In this document: piece by piece, positions 1 through 11,800 of the stretch
Layout: every line of letters starts with the position of its first letter
Numbering within the stretch: position 1 is the first letter of the stretch
Assembly: GCA_043756925.1 (NCBI GenBank)
Contig: JAYVRF010000139.1
Span: 1 to 61,249, forward strand
Source: Arcicella sp.
GTDB taxonomy: Bacteria > Bacteroidota > Bacteroidia > Cytophagales > Spirosomataceae
Length of the DNA stretch: 61,249 nucleotides
Direction of reading: 5' to 3'
Position numbers and translations under genes: made by a program
Notes under the pieces: model-generated
Database searches by the model: none
The model's input: only the letters and a program-made list of their open reading frames with translations
What the model was told of the DNA's origin: nothing

Positions 1-54
1 TCGAGACAGTATTTATTGAGATATTTTCGTTTGTTGTTAGCATTTTATGTTGTA

Positions 55-1020
55 TCATTTTGTCTGAATTTGAACTGCAATTTTCTTAAAATTCATCAAT
101 AATAAAATTACAAATTGTATGCCGAGTGAGACAATTGCTAATGTCAAGTGAATAGGCTGAATGTAGGCAGGAACGCCAAAATAAGCCATAATTATTCCAC
201 TTAAAATTTCAACTCCAACAACTAAAACCAAGATTTTCATGAACTTATAAATAATGCCTTGTTGTTGAATGTTCTTTTTGAGTTGCCAGATTAAATAAAT
301 ATGTAATCCTAAAATCAGCAAAGAATAAGAACGGTGAATGTAAAATGGCAAACCCATTTGTTCAATCCAAGTCTCACGATTATATCCGAATATTGGACTG
401 GCAATTACCTTGTCAATTGCTTCCCGTACCTGTGTTCCCAAAAGCACTTGTGAAGTTGAAACTATCAAAATAAGAACTATTATCTTATTTAAAAAAGGCT
501 TTCGCTCAATATTCTCCGTCTTAATGACTTTTGACCATGCTCTTGCGATTGCGTATAACAAAACAAATATTACCAAAACCGCCAACATCATGTGCAAAGT
601 AACAACCCCAGGTTTTAGAAAAGAATCTACTACATATTTACCCAATGCTCCGTTTGCTCCAATTAGAATTAGTCCTAAAAATGACAAAACAGTAATCGTT
701 TTATCTCTTTTCCAATAAGAAATTGAAGCAATGAAGGTTGCAAATACGATAATTCCAGTTAATGCTCCTAATAAACGGTTTAAGTATTCAATCCATGTCT
801 TAGTAACATTAAATTCGACTTCTCCGTGCAATTTTGAGGCATAAATTTGTTGATAATTTACAGGCAATTGACTTGCTTCGGTTGGCGGGATTAACATTCC
901 GAAACATTGGGGCCAATCAGGACATCCCATCCCCGAACCTGTACTACGCACGATTCCACCCGCTAAAACTAACAGATAAATGGATATGATAGTGGCGATG
1001 CCTAATTTTCGGAATAGCAT
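55..1020 (-). CDS. ctaA: Heme A synthase (COX15/CtaA, type 1)
   Basis: GGIVRSTGSGMGCPDWPQC Cys-pair loop, ~8 TM helices, conserved His in VTLHM, YIHRS and QPIHL; follows oxidase subunit I. Confidence 0.93.
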   Translation of the reverse strand: MLFRKLGIATIISIYLLVLAGGIVRSTGSGMGCPDWPQCFGMLIPPTEASQLPVNYQQIYASKLHGEVEFNVTKTWIEYLNRLLGALTGIIVFATFIASISYWKRDKTITVLSFLGLILIGANGALGKYVVDSFLKPGVVTLHMMLAVLVIFVLLYAIARAWSKVIKTENIERKPFLNKIIVLILIVSTSQVLLGTQVREAIDKVIASPIFGYNRETWIEQMGLPFYIHRSYSLLILGLHIYLIWQLKKNIQQQGIIYKFMKILVLVVGVEILSGIIMAYFGVPAYIQPIHLTLAIVSLGIQFVILLLMNFKKIAVQIQTK

Positions 1021-1168
1021 TTTTTCGATGTTTGGTTCTTGATGTTTGGTTTAGGCTAAAATTTTGACTACTCCCCTCAAAACCGAGCATCATCCATCGA
1101 ACCATCAACATTGAAACAACTAATTTTTTCTTTGAATAATCAAACTTCAAATCCCTTTTAAACAAAAT

Positions 1169-1211
1169 TGAGAATATACTAACCAGAATTTTCTTGGTTA
1201 ATATATTCTCA
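1169..1211 (-). terminator. Hairpin after oxidase subunit I
   Basis: Imperfect inverted repeat TGAGAATATAcTAACCA...TGGTTAaTATATTCTCA just downstream of the subunit I stop. Confidence 0.5.
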
Positions 1212-1231
1212 AAGTTAGAGCCACTTATTTC

Positions 1232-3118
1232 TTAATGATTGTAAGATGAATTCTGAATATCTAACAATCCTTCGATTTCTTTTTCTTTTGCAATTTCCTC
1301 ATTTTCCTCTGGGAAGTTTGATTCAAGCGTTGCTGAATATGGAACGTTCTGTGGGATAAAATCAGACGTTGAACCTGGCTTGCTATAATCATAGGGCCAG
1401 CGATAAACGGCTGGAATTTCACCTACCCAGTTTCCATGTCCTGGCTCAATTGGAGTTGTCCATTCCAAAGTATTTGAACTCCAAGGGTTTTGCGTTGCTC
1501 TCTTTCCTTTAAAGATTGAATACACAAAGTTAACAGCGAAGATAGCTTGTGCAACAAAGGTAATAATTGCGGCAATTGAGATAAACATATTCATATCAAC
1601 AAATGCTTCCATTCTACCATTTCCAAGAGCCGTAAATGAATAATAACGTCTTGGGAAACCAGCTAAACCGATATAATGCATCGGGAAAAACACTGCATAA
1701 ACACCCACAAACGTAAACCAAAAGTGAACATAACCAGCGGTTTTATTCATCATTCTACCAAACATTTTAGGAAACCAGTGATAAACTCCTGCCATCAATC
1801 CAAAGAATGATGCAGCACCCATTACCAAGTGAAAGTGGGCAACTACAAAATATGTATCGTGTAAATTGATATCAAGGGCAGAGTTACCAAGAATAATACC
1901 TGTCAAACCTCCTGAGATAAACAATGAAACTAAACCAATAGAGAACAACATTGCAGGAGTAAAGATGATATTTCCTCTCCAAAGCGTAGTGATAAAGTTA
2001 AACGCTTTAACCGCTGATGGTACTGCAATAATCAAAGTTAAGAACATAAATACTGAACCAAGAAATGGATTCATACCCGTTACGAACATATGGTGAGCCC
2101 ACACGATGAAAGCAAGTAAAGTAATTCCCATCAATGAACCAATCATTGCACGATAACCGAAGATAGGTTTGCGTGCGTTAGTCGCAATAACTTCGGAAGT
2201 GATACCCAAAGCTGGTAATAATACGATATAAACTTCTGGGTGTCCTAAAAACCAGAATAAATGTTGATAAAGAATTGCTGAACCACCAATGTTTGGTAAT
2301 GCTTCTCCTCCAATGTAGATTTCAGACAAATAAAATGATGTTCCAAAGCTACGGTCGAAAATCAATAACAATGCTGCCGACAATAATACTGGGAATGACA
2401 ACAAACCTAAAATTGCAGTAAAGAAGAATGCCCAGATTGTCAATGGTAATTTCGTAAATGACATTCCACGTGTACGCAAGTTAATGATTGTACATATATA
2501 ATTAATACCTCCCATCAATTGTGAAACGATAAACAACGCCATACTTGATAACCATAATGTCATACCTAAACCTGAACCTGGCATTGCTTGTGGTAAAGCA
2601 CTTAATGGAGGGTAAATTACCCAACCACCCGATGCTGGACCAGTTTCAATGAATAAGGATGCAAACATAATCACTGATGCTACAAAGAAGAACCAATAAG
2701 AAAGCATATTGATAAATCCAGATGCCATATCTCTTGCTCCAATTTGCAAAGGAATCAAGAAATTCGAGAATGTTCCAGATAATCCTGCTGTCAATACAAA
2801 GAAAACCATGATGGTTCCGTGCATTGTTACGAGTGCCAAATAAAATTCTTTCTCTAATTTACCTTCTACAATCCATTGACCTAAAACAGGTTTTAACCAC
2901 GTTAAGTCCATATTAGGAAATCCTAATTGTAAACGGAAAATTATTGACATAGCACCTCCGAAAAATGCCCAGATGATACCAGAAATCAAATACTGTTTTG
3001 CAATGGTCTTGTGGTCTTCTGAAAAGATATACTTTTGAACGAAGCCTAACTCGTGATGCTCATGCTCGTCATGTACGTGTGCGTGAGTGTCAATTGCGTG
3101 TAGTGTCTCAGTTGCCAT
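1232..3118 (-). CDS. ctaD: Cytochrome c oxidase subunit I (A1-type heme-copper oxidase)
   Basis: TMHGTIM, YQHLFWFLGHPEVY (A1 signature), WAHHMF, VVAHFH, GFPRRY. Confidence 0.98.
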   Translation of the reverse strand: MATETLHAIDTHAHVHDEHEHHELGFVQKYIFSEDHKTIAKQYLISGIIWAFFGGAMSIIFRLQLGFPNMDLTWLKPVLGQWIVEGKLEKEFYLALVTMHGTIMVFFVLTAGLSGTFSNFLIPLQIGARDMASGFINMLSYWFFFVASVIMFASLFIETGPASGGWVIYPPLSALPQAMPGSGLGMTLWLSSMALFIVSQLMGGINYICTIINLRTRGMSFTKLPLTIWAFFFTAILGLLSFPVLLSAALLLIFDRSFGTSFYLSEIYIGGEALPNIGGSAILYQHLFWFLGHPEVYIVLLPALGITSEVIATNARKPIFGYRAMIGSLMGITLLAFIVWAHHMFVTGMNPFLGSVFMFLTLIIAVPSAVKAFNFITTLWRGNIIFTPAMLFSIGLVSLFISGGLTGIILGNSALDINLHDTYFVVAHFHLVMGAASFFGLMAGVYHWFPKMFGRMMNKTAGYVHFWFTFVGVYAVFFPMHYIGLAGFPRRYYSFTALGNGRMEAFVDMNMFISIAAIITFVAQAIFAVNFVYSIFKGKRATQNPWSSNTLEWTTPIEPGHGNWVGEIPAVYRWPYDYSKPGSTSDFIPQNVPYSATLESNFPEENEEIAKEKEIEGLLDIQNSSYNH

Positions 3119-3156
3119 GATTTATATTAATTTATTCTTTGTTGTATAGTTAAATT

Positions 3157-4266
3157 CTATCGCAATGAAGTTGCTGCTGCTGGTGTTGCACCGCTTGCTT
3201 GTGTGCTATCAGATGCCGCAGGAGCTGCTACTTCAATATACTTCTGTGCTTTTGATTTCAATTTCTCTGGTACTTTAGCTAAATAATCGGGATTTTGAGT
3301 CAAAAATGGTTTTTGTTGTTTACACCAAGCCGCATACTCTTCTGGTTCATCCACAAAAACGGTGATTGCCATACCAAAGTGTCCACGTCCGCAAACCTCT
3401 GTACAGTTCAATTTGAAATTGAATTCTGGATTACCAGTAATATAACGCATCTCGTCGGTTGACTTATTTGGAACGAACCAAAATTTAGTTGGCATACCTG
3501 GAACAGCATCCATTTTCACCCGTTGGTAAGGTAAATAAACCGAGTGCAAAACATCCTGTGCATTAATTTTCAGTAATACAGGAACCCCTTTAGGTATGTG
3601 CATTTCATTTGCGGTAAAATCATCAAAACAATGCTCATCTGTGAAATCCATTCCTAATGAATTTGTTTCATTAATTAACTTGTAGTTATGATTCCCTAAT
3701 TTTTGGTCGTCGTTTCCTGAATAACGTACATACCACCCAAATTGGTGACCTGTTAATTCAACAACAACTGCATTATCGGGTGCCTGTGAAGTAATGTCTC
3801 TCCAAGTTCTCCATCCTGAAAATACTAAAACTGCCATCACCACGGCTGGAATAACTGTCCAGATTATTTCTAACTTATGATTTACTGGATAAAATGCGGC
3901 AACTCTTCCTTTTTTGTAACGGTATAAAAATGGAAAAGTAAACAACAAAGCATTCGTAATAAAGAAAGCTAAAGTAATTACGCCCATTGAAATCCAAAAC
4001 ATTCTGTCCGTAATCAAACCATGATCAGAAGCGGCTACTGGTAGTAAATCTGGTTTTGAATGCAAGAATGACCAAGTTGCACCAATTGAACCCAATACTA
4101 AAAACACAAGAAATCCAATAGCATTCATATTATTTGCACTATCAACTGGTGAATCGGGGTCTTGTTCCACTCCTTTGATTCCTTTTGACAGAGCCATACT
4201 CTTATTAACAATCATAATTGCCAAACCCAAGAATACTACCGATAAAAGACCTATTAAATATACCAT
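3157..4266 (-). CDS. ctaC: Cytochrome c oxidase subunit II (CuA)
   Basis: LEIIWTVIP, DVLHS, CTEVCGRGHFGM CuA ligands. Confidence 0.97.
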   Translation of the reverse strand: MVYLIGLLSVVFLGLAIMIVNKSMALSKGIKGVEQDPDSPVDSANNMNAIGFLVFLVLGSIGATWSFLHSKPDLLPVAASDHGLITDRMFWISMGVITLAFFITNALLFTFPFLYRYKKGRVAAFYPVNHKLEIIWTVIPAVVMAVLVFSGWRTWRDITSQAPDNAVVVELTGHQFGWYVRYSGNDDQKLGNHNYKLINETNSLGMDFTDEHCFDDFTANEMHIPKGVPVLLKINAQDVLHSVYLPYQRVKMDAVPGMPTKFWFVPNKSTDEMRYITGNPEFNFKLNCTEVCGRGHFGMAITVFVDEPEEYAAWCKQQKPFLTQNPDYLAKVPEKLKSKAQKYIEVAAPAASDSTQASGATPAAATSLR

Positions 4267-4431
4267 TTTATTAGATAAATTTTAAATGTAAATCGTTTTG
4301 TAAAACTACTTGGTGAATATCGCAAGTAGTGAATTACTTACTCCTGTATAAAAAAATGTTGAATAGAAATGTTTTTAACTAATCACATTTTACAGAAAAT
4401 AATTGATTGTCTTTCAACAACTAATCAAACA

Positions 4432-5793
4432 CTAAATATCGTGGTGAAGAGCTTCTTCCAAAAATGGATGATTTTTCGCTACTAATGATGCTTTTGTCAA
4501 TTGAATTGAAACTACATAAATAAATGCCGAAGCAAACATAGCAACCATTCCAAATTCTACTAAGCCATATCCTCCGTGCTTACCAACTGTTCCTGGCATT
4601 ATCATTTGATAAAAATCCAAATAATGACCTACAATGATGAATACACAACAAATTTTTAAGAATATTGGTGTACGTTTTGCATCACGTGACATCAAAACTA
4701 ATAAAGGAAATAAGAAATTGAATAATACGCTCAACACTTCGGTAGCCTTATAAATTTTGTCGTGTCCTTCCCAACGTTCTAAAAAATAAATTGTCTCTTC
4801 TGGGAAGTTTGCATAATAAATCAACAAGAACTGTGCAAACCATACATACGTCCAAAAGATTGAAAAAGCAAACATGAACTTCCCTAAATCGTGTAAATGA
4901 TTTGAAGTTACATATTTCATGTACCCTTTATCTTGAAGAAACAATACTGTTAGAGTTAAAGTTGCCAAACCCGTCACGTGCCATGATGAGAACATATACC
5001 ATCCAAACATTGTTGAGAACCAGTGTGCATCAATTGACATCACCCAATCCCAAGCCGACATTGAACTTGAAATACCCATTAAAAGGATAAAAATCGTTCC
5101 AATTTTCACCATTGAAGTGAACTTTTCAGTTCCTCCTTCCAAGTCTTCGGCAATTGATTTCTTACGCATCCAGTTCCAAAGCAATAACCATCCTGCGAAA
5201 AAGAATGCCATACGTCCTAAGAAAAACCATTTATTCAAATAACCAGATTTTCCTGCGATTATTTTATCGTAATTCTCGCTACCTTTTACCGATACTCCTT
5301 CGTGCATCCAATGGAAAAGAACATCTCCTTTAAACAAGAATACAAAAATCATGATTGAACCAGTTACAAGCAAAAACGGAGGAAATGCCTCAGCAACTCT
5401 TTTTACCACCGATGACCAACCTGCTTTTGCTAAATATTGTATGGAAACAAAGAACATTCCAATAACAGCAATACCTGTAAAAAAGACACTATTTAACCAA
5501 AGATTTGCCCAAATACGGGTTGTCCAGTTATAAGCATCGTGATGAGAACTTGCGCCACCTGATTCATGGACACCGTGTCCTACTACTGCGTTTGCGGCTT
5601 CATGTCCTGCCGTGGCACCTTGTTCTGCTACTGCGTGAGCGGCATCGTTTTCTCCACGAGATAACAAAAATATTCCGACAATAAGTGCTATTGTTCCTGC
5701 TAAAAAAGCATAAATAACTCTCTTGCGACCTTCCGCCGTGAACTCAAAATGTTCTTCGACATTAGATGGGGAAAAATGTGAATGTCCCGCCAT
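4432..5793 (-). CDS. actF: Alternative complex III subunit ActF
   Basis: Polytopic NrfD-like protein with DWVMSIDAHWFSTMFGW, HLHDLGK and AQFLLIYYANFPEET; operon position; His-rich N-terminal loop. Confidence 0.9.
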   Translation of the reverse strand: MAGHSHFSPSNVEEHFEFTAEGRKRVIYAFLAGTIALIVGIFLLSRGENDAAHAVAEQGATAGHEAANAVVGHGVHESGGASSHHDAYNWTTRIWANLWLNSVFFTGIAVIGMFFVSIQYLAKAGWSSVVKRVAEAFPPFLLVTGSIMIFVFLFKGDVLFHWMHEGVSVKGSENYDKIIAGKSGYLNKWFFLGRMAFFFAGWLLLWNWMRKKSIAEDLEGGTEKFTSMVKIGTIFILLMGISSSMSAWDWVMSIDAHWFSTMFGWYMFSSWHVTGLATLTLTVLFLQDKGYMKYVTSNHLHDLGKFMFAFSIFWTYVWFAQFLLIYYANFPEETIYFLERWEGHDKIYKATEVLSVLFNFLFPLLVLMSRDAKRTPIFLKICCVFIIVGHYLDFYQMIMPGTVGKHGGYGLVEFGMVAMFASAFIYVVSIQLTKASLVAKNHPFLEEALHHDI

Positions 5794-5928
5794 TAGTGTA
5801 ATTTGATAATTCGTTAATTTGAAAATTTGAAAATGGATTTAGTTGAAATTAATCCTCAACAAACCCTAAATATTATGTTAGAAATTAAGGCTATAACTCT
5901 AACCCTCAATCCCTAAAACTTGACCCTA

Positions 5929-6552
5929 TCAAGGTGCTTGTTGTAATTGATGCACATAAAGAACAATCTTCCAACGATCAGACGATGACATTTGCGAACC
6001 ATGAGCCCACATACGTCCCTTCCCATGTACGATTGTGTGATAAATGTGTCCATCATTTAAGTTTTTTAAAGCGTCTGATGAATAAATAGGCACTCCTTTA
6101 TATTGTTTTGCAACTAATCCATCGCCTTTTCCCGCTTCACCATGACAGTGTTGGCAAAATCTTTCATACTGTAATTTTCCAGCTTCAAGGTTTGCTTCGG
6201 TTGGTTCAAAAGGATTTGTTAAAAGTTTTTCTGATGATGCCATATCTCCTGCCTTAATATTACGAGCAATTAAATCCATCTCCAACAAATCTCCATCAAT
6301 TGAGTCCTTTTTAGCATCTTGTCCATAATATCCACGAGGAATGGTTCCTTTCGCAGGTACACGCATATTTATTCCATAAGGATTGATATGATTTGTGTCG
6401 CCTTCTGATTGTGAAAGTGGCTCATATCCAACGGAATGGTACATATTTGGAGCAAATTCTGTACCTTGATCATTATGTTTATCTGAACAAGAAGTTGCAA
6501 TTAAAGCAACCATTCCAGATAAAATTAGATATTTTGTTTTATTAATAAACAT
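5929..6552 (-). CDS. actE: Alternative complex III monoheme cytochrome c lipoprotein ActE
   Basis: Lipobox IATSC, single CQHCH, RVPAKGTIPRG. Confidence 0.92.
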   Translation of the reverse strand: MFINKTKYLILSGMVALIATSCSDKHNDQGTEFAPNMYHSVGYEPLSQSEGDTNHINPYGINMRVPAKGTIPRGYYGQDAKKDSIDGDLLEMDLIARNIKAGDMASSEKLLTNPFEPTEANLEAGKLQYERFCQHCHGEAGKGDGLVAKQYKGVPIYSSDALKNLNDGHIYHTIVHGKGRMWAHGSQMSSSDRWKIVLYVHQLQQAP

Positions 6553-6660
6553 GATATTTTTTATTAATCGTTAGCCATGCTACGGATTAAGAATTAGGGA
6601 TTTTTGATTAGGGAAATCTTAAACTTGATACCTTATCTTTTCTAATTCATACCTTTTTGA

Positions 6661-7185
6661 CTAAAATTGTTTAACATTTACTTCGATTGCACCTGAAGCC
6701 CTCAAAATGGTTTCGATTTCTCCTTCAGATTTTCTATTATTAGCCATGTTTATAGCCATAATAAATTTGTCATCGGTACTTCTCAAGTCGAACGTTCTTT
6801 GTTTTTTACCAGGCCACAAACTGTTTGATATTAAGAAAGTCGTTACCATTCCAAAAGCAGTAAATAACACCGTTCCTTCAAAAGCAATTGGAATAAAATC
6901 AGGGAGTGCAAAGTAATCTTTACCCCCAATAATCATGGGCCAATCGAAATACATGGTGTAACTCATTAAAGAAACAATACAAATCAATCCTAAACAGCCG
7001 AACATGAAAGCAGCAATTGGAATACGAGTGCGGGGATGTCCCATCGCTACGTCCAATCCGTGAATTGGGAACGGTGTATAAACTTCTTCAATTCTTATAC
7101 CATTGTTTTTTACTTCCGTAACGGCAGCGACTACTTCGTCATCATCATCGTAAACTCCTACTAAATATCTTTCTGTTGAATCCAT
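6661..7185 (-). CDS. actD: Alternative complex III subunit ActD (DUF3341)
   Basis: YTPFPIHGLD, DWPMIIGGK, FIPIAFEGTVLF. Confidence 0.92.
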   Translation of the reverse strand: MDSTERYLVGVYDDDDEVVAAVTEVKNNGIRIEEVYTPFPIHGLDVAMGHPRTRIPIAAFMFGCLGLICIVSLMSYTMYFDWPMIIGGKDYFALPDFIPIAFEGTVLFTAFGMVTTFLISNSLWPGKKQRTFDLRSTDDKFIMAINMANNRKSEGEIETILRASGAIEVNVKQF

Positions 7186-7306
7186 TGTTTTGTTAGCTTT
7201 GAGCCTAATTGTAAGTATTTTGTGTAATTTGTCTCAGTAAAGAATCAGTTAAAATCACTAACTCACAACCGCAACGGCGGACCGTTCACTCAATCACATA
7301 TTATTT

Positions 7307-8716
7307 CTAATGAACTGTTTCCTTTTCTTTCTTTTCTGTTGGTTTCTTTTTAAAAGGATAATTGGTTGAAACTCCTTTCATTACTGCCTTTACCTCAAAC
7401 ATATTAATTACCGGCAAAAACTTAGCAAACAAGAAAAATAACGTAAAGAATAAACCAAATGAGAATATATAATCACCAATATCAAACATCGTTGGCGTAA
7501 ACATTGCCCATGATGATGGAAGATAATCACGGTGTAAAGATGATACAATAATTACAAAACGCTCGAACCACATACCTACGTTTACCACTACTGACAAGAT
7601 AAACGATACTAAAATACTTGTACGAATCTTTTTGAACCAGAATAATTGAGGTGATACCACATTACAGGTCATCATTATCCAATACGCCCACCAATAAGGT
7701 CCAGTGGCACGGTTAATGAAAGTATATGATTCATACTCAACGCCCGAATACCACGCAATAAAAAACTCTGTTAAATAGGCAATACCTACAATTGAACCCG
7801 TTACGGTGATGATAATATTCATCATTTCAATGTGTTCAATCGTAATATAATCTTCCAGTTTAAATACTACACGAGTAATTAACAAGAGACTTTGCACCAT
7901 CGCAAATCCTGAGAAAATCGCTCCTGCCACAAAATATGGCGGGAAGATTGTGGTGTGCCATCCAGGGATAACAGACGTGGCAAAGTCCATTGATACAATG
8001 GTATGTACCGAAAGAACCAATGGCGTTGAAATACCTGCTAAAATCAATGAAACATATTCGTAACGGGCCCAAGTTTTCGCTGAACCTGTCCAACCTAAAC
8101 TGAATGCACCGTACCAGAATTTTGACGCTTTTGTTTGAGCTCTGTCACGGATTGTTGCCAAATCTGGGACAAGACCCATATACCAAAATACTAATGATAC
8201 AGAAAGGTAGGTCGAAATAGCAAAAACGTCCCAAACCAATGGAGAGTTAAAGTTTACCCACAACGAGCCATAAGTGTTTGGAAGGGGTAATGCCCAGTGA
8301 AATAACCATGGACGACCCATGTGAGCCAAGATAAATGAGGCAGCACAAAGTACGGCAAAGATGGTCATTGCCTCCGCAGAACGGTTAATTGATGTTCTCC
8401 ATTTTTGACGGAACAACAATAATACGGCTGAGATAAGTGTACCAGCATGACCGATTCCTACCCACCATACAAAGTTGGTAATGTCCCATGCCCAACCAAT
8501 GGTCTTATTTAAACCCCATACGCCAATTCCTTGCCACCATGTATAACCAAGGCAAAAAGCACCATAAGCGAATACTAAACAAGAAATACCAAAAGCGATT
8601 TTCCACTCTTTGGTAGGTTCTCCCTCAACTTGCTTACAAATATCATTTGTAACGTCGTGATAAGATTTACCGCCTGAAACAAGGGTTTCTCTTATGGGTG
8701 ATACTACGTGCGACAT
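7307..8716 (-). CDS. actC: Alternative complex III quinol-binding subunit ActC (NrfD/PsrC)
   Basis: [43 protein letters not shown]. Confidence 0.95.
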   Translation of the reverse strand: MSHVVSPIRETLVSGGKSYHDVTNDICKQVEGEPTKEWKIAFGISCLVFAYGAFCLGYTWWQGIGVWGLNKTIGWAWDITNFVWWVGIGHAGTLISAVLLLFRQKWRTSINRSAEAMTIFAVLCAASFILAHMGRPWLFHWALPLPNTYGSLWVNFNSPLVWDVFAISTYLSVSLVFWYMGLVPDLATIRDRAQTKASKFWYGAFSLGWTGSAKTWARYEYVSLILAGISTPLVLSVHTIVSMDFATSVIPGWHTTIFPPYFVAGAIFSGFAMVQSLLLITRVVFKLEDYITIEHIEMMNIIITVTGSIVGIAYLTEFFIAWYSGVEYESYTFINRATGPYWWAYWIMMTCNVVSPQLFWFKKIRTSILVSFILSVVVNVGMWFERFVIIVSSLHRDYLPSSWAMFTPTMFDIGDYIFSFGLFFTLFFLFAKFLPVINMFEVKAVMKGVSTNYPFKKKPTEKKEKETVH

Positions 8717-8854
8717 ATTTCTATTAATTTGAAAATTTTAAATTAAATCTATTTTTTTTAATTTTCAGTACTCAGTTTTCAAGTAAAAAATCTAAACTTC
8801 TAACCTTGAACATTGATTGTTGAGCATTGAAAGTTATTATTGGTATTTCAATGA

Positions 8855-11800
8855 TTAAGAATGATTTGCTTCCTTTGTATGAGCAGGTTCAATTCCTTCT
8901 TCTTTTACCACTTTCTCATCCTTATTACGGATTTTAACTAAGTAAGAAATACTTGGTTTTACGTTAATTTCCTCAATAACGCCAAATGCACGTCCTTTTC
9001 TTTCGCTATCTAATAATTTTGAAATAACTGTTGTGCTATCATTCATATCTCCAAAAGTAATGGCATCCGTTGGACAAGATTGAGCACAAGCTACTTGGAT
9101 TTCTCCATCTATTGGTCTTCTTCTTTCTTTCTTGGCTTCTAATTTTCCTGCTTGAATACGTTGAATACACATTGAACATTTTTCCATTACTCCACGTGAG
9201 CGAACAGTTACGTCTGGGTTAATCACCATACGTCCTAAATCGTTGTTGAATTGGAAATCGTATTCGTCTGTTTGATAATAACGGAACCAGTTGAAACGAC
9301 GTACTTTATACGGACAGTTATTGGCACAATAACGAGTACCAATACAACGATTATAAGTCATTTGATTTAACCCTTCCGTTGAATGGGTTGTTGCTAAAAC
9401 TGGGCAAACTGTCTCACAAGGAGCATTATTACAGTGTTGGCAAAGCATCGGTTGAAACACAACCTCTGGATTTTCAGAAGCATATTCTAACCCTTTTGCA
9501 TCCTCAACGTCGGCATCAGAAGAATAATAACGGTCAATACGCATCCAGTGCATCTCACGACGATTGATTACTTCTTGCCGACCTACTACGGCAATGTTAT
9601 TTTCAGCATTACAAGAAACCACACAAGCGGCACAACCCGTACAAGTGTTCAAGTCAATGACCATTCCCCATGCGTGATTGTTGTATTTGTGTCCGTTCCA
9701 TAATGAGACTTCTTTCTCACTAATCTCTTGCTTATTTCCGTTTAATGCAGATATCTCTTTCTTGCCTTCCGATGTTAAAACGGATGGTTTAAAACGACCC
9801 GCTTCTACATTTTTCTTGTAAGCACTTAATACAGTTTCTTGAACAACTGACTCACGAGCCATTACGGTATTGTGAGTTTGTGTACGAGCAATTTTTGCTG
9901 TCTCACCAGTTGCGGTAACTTTTACATCACCTGTGTTTGAAAAAGCAATATTTCCGTTAATTACAGAAGCCATTGGATAAGCATTTACCCCAACACCATT
10001 GGCTGATTTTCCTGCTTTCGTGCGTCCGTATCCAATTGCAATCGCAACGGTATCATTTGCCTGACCTGGTTGAACAATAAATGGTAATTTTACTGACTTA
10101 CCATTTACTGAAACTTCCACTTCAAGCGTATCTAATTCTATTTCTTGAGTTAAGCCTAATTTCTTGGCAGTTGCCAAAGAAACGGTTGCATAATTACCCC
10201 AACATGATTTTGATACTGGCTCTGGGCATTCTTGCAAAAATGGGTTATTAGCTTGTGAACCAGTACCCATTGTTACTTTTTCATAAATTGCCAATTCCAT
10301 TTTGTCACCCGTATTTGCTTTATAGTTTTTCGTAATTGAAATAACTGCTTCGGCTAAACCTGTTTGAGGAACATTAAAAGTTGCACCTGCACCTGGTTCA
10401 TATACACCATCATGCAGTGCTTTTGACCATGCTGTTGAACCGCCCAAAATTGATACCCAAGCATTTTCAAGATAAGTCGTATAATCAGCATTCATTCCAG
10501 CCCATTTCAAAAGGCTTGATTGTGTCTGACGAGTTTTGAAAATCGTTGAAATGGTTGGTTGAGAGAAAGAAAAATATCCTGTTTTTGGCTCTGCATCATT
10601 CCATGATTCCAAATAATGTGAATCAGGCGTATTATATTTACAAAGTGACCCTGTTTCGTCAGCACGGTCATTGGTTGAAATCGTTAATCCAATTTTTGAT
10701 AAGGCTTCTCCCAATTCTGCTCCACGTGGATGGTTATAAACTGGATTTGCATTATAGAAAATCACCGCACCAATTTGTCCAGCCTTTACTTCGTTGATAA
10801 ACATCGACATATCAGCATCAGAACCTTGACGGTAATTTGATGGCGTTCCTGAATTAATGGTTGAACCGTAAGCACCTAACATGGCATTAATCGCAACTAC
10901 TACGGTCTGAACGGCTGGGTCATTTGAACCTGAAACAACTAATGATGAGCCTCTTGTTGCTACTAAATCTGCTGCAGCTTTATCCAAATGGGCAATCTTA
11001 ACGGCACCAGATACAATTGAAGCACCACCTGTTTTGCTTGCAATGGCATTATAAAGAGCCGTTACAACCAAGCCTTCCTGTGACGGTTTGTAAGTTCCAC
11101 GATAATCAGCGTTGGCACCAGTGTTTGACATGATTGTCTCGAACTGATAATGACGTGACATTTCTTTGTTTCCTCCTTCGGCAGAATTTACTCGACGGGT
11201 TTTTGCCCATTGTCCAGCAAACTCAGCGGGAGAAATCCATGAACCTAAGAAATCAGCACCAATTGAAACGATTGTTTTTGCTCTACTGAAATCAAAACTT
11301 GGTAAAATTCCTCCGTTGGCTTGTACTAAACCCGATACTGAATTAGCATCGTAGGTTACTAATTTTGTGGTTGGGTATTTAACAATAAATTCACTAATAA
11401 CTTTCTTTGTTGTTGGCGAAAGAATAGTATTTGACACAATTCTTATTTGACCACCACGAGCAGCTATTTTGCTTAATTCCGCAATAATTCCTTTATCAAC
11501 TAAGTTCCAATCAGCAGATTTACCACCAATTGTTGCTCCTTTTAGTTTTTCGTTATCATAAAGACTCAAAACAGATGCTTGCACACGTGCTGATAATGCA
11601 CCTTTACTTACTGATGAGGTTTTGTTTCCTTCCAATTTAATTGGACGACCTTCACGAGTTTTTACTAATATCGAAGCATAATCACCCCCATCTACAAACG
11701 TTGAAGCGTACCAGTTGGCAATCGTTGGTTCAACATCTAATGGTTTATTTAAGTATGGAATTGCTTTTTTGATTGGGGCTTCACAAGCTGCCAATGCTAC

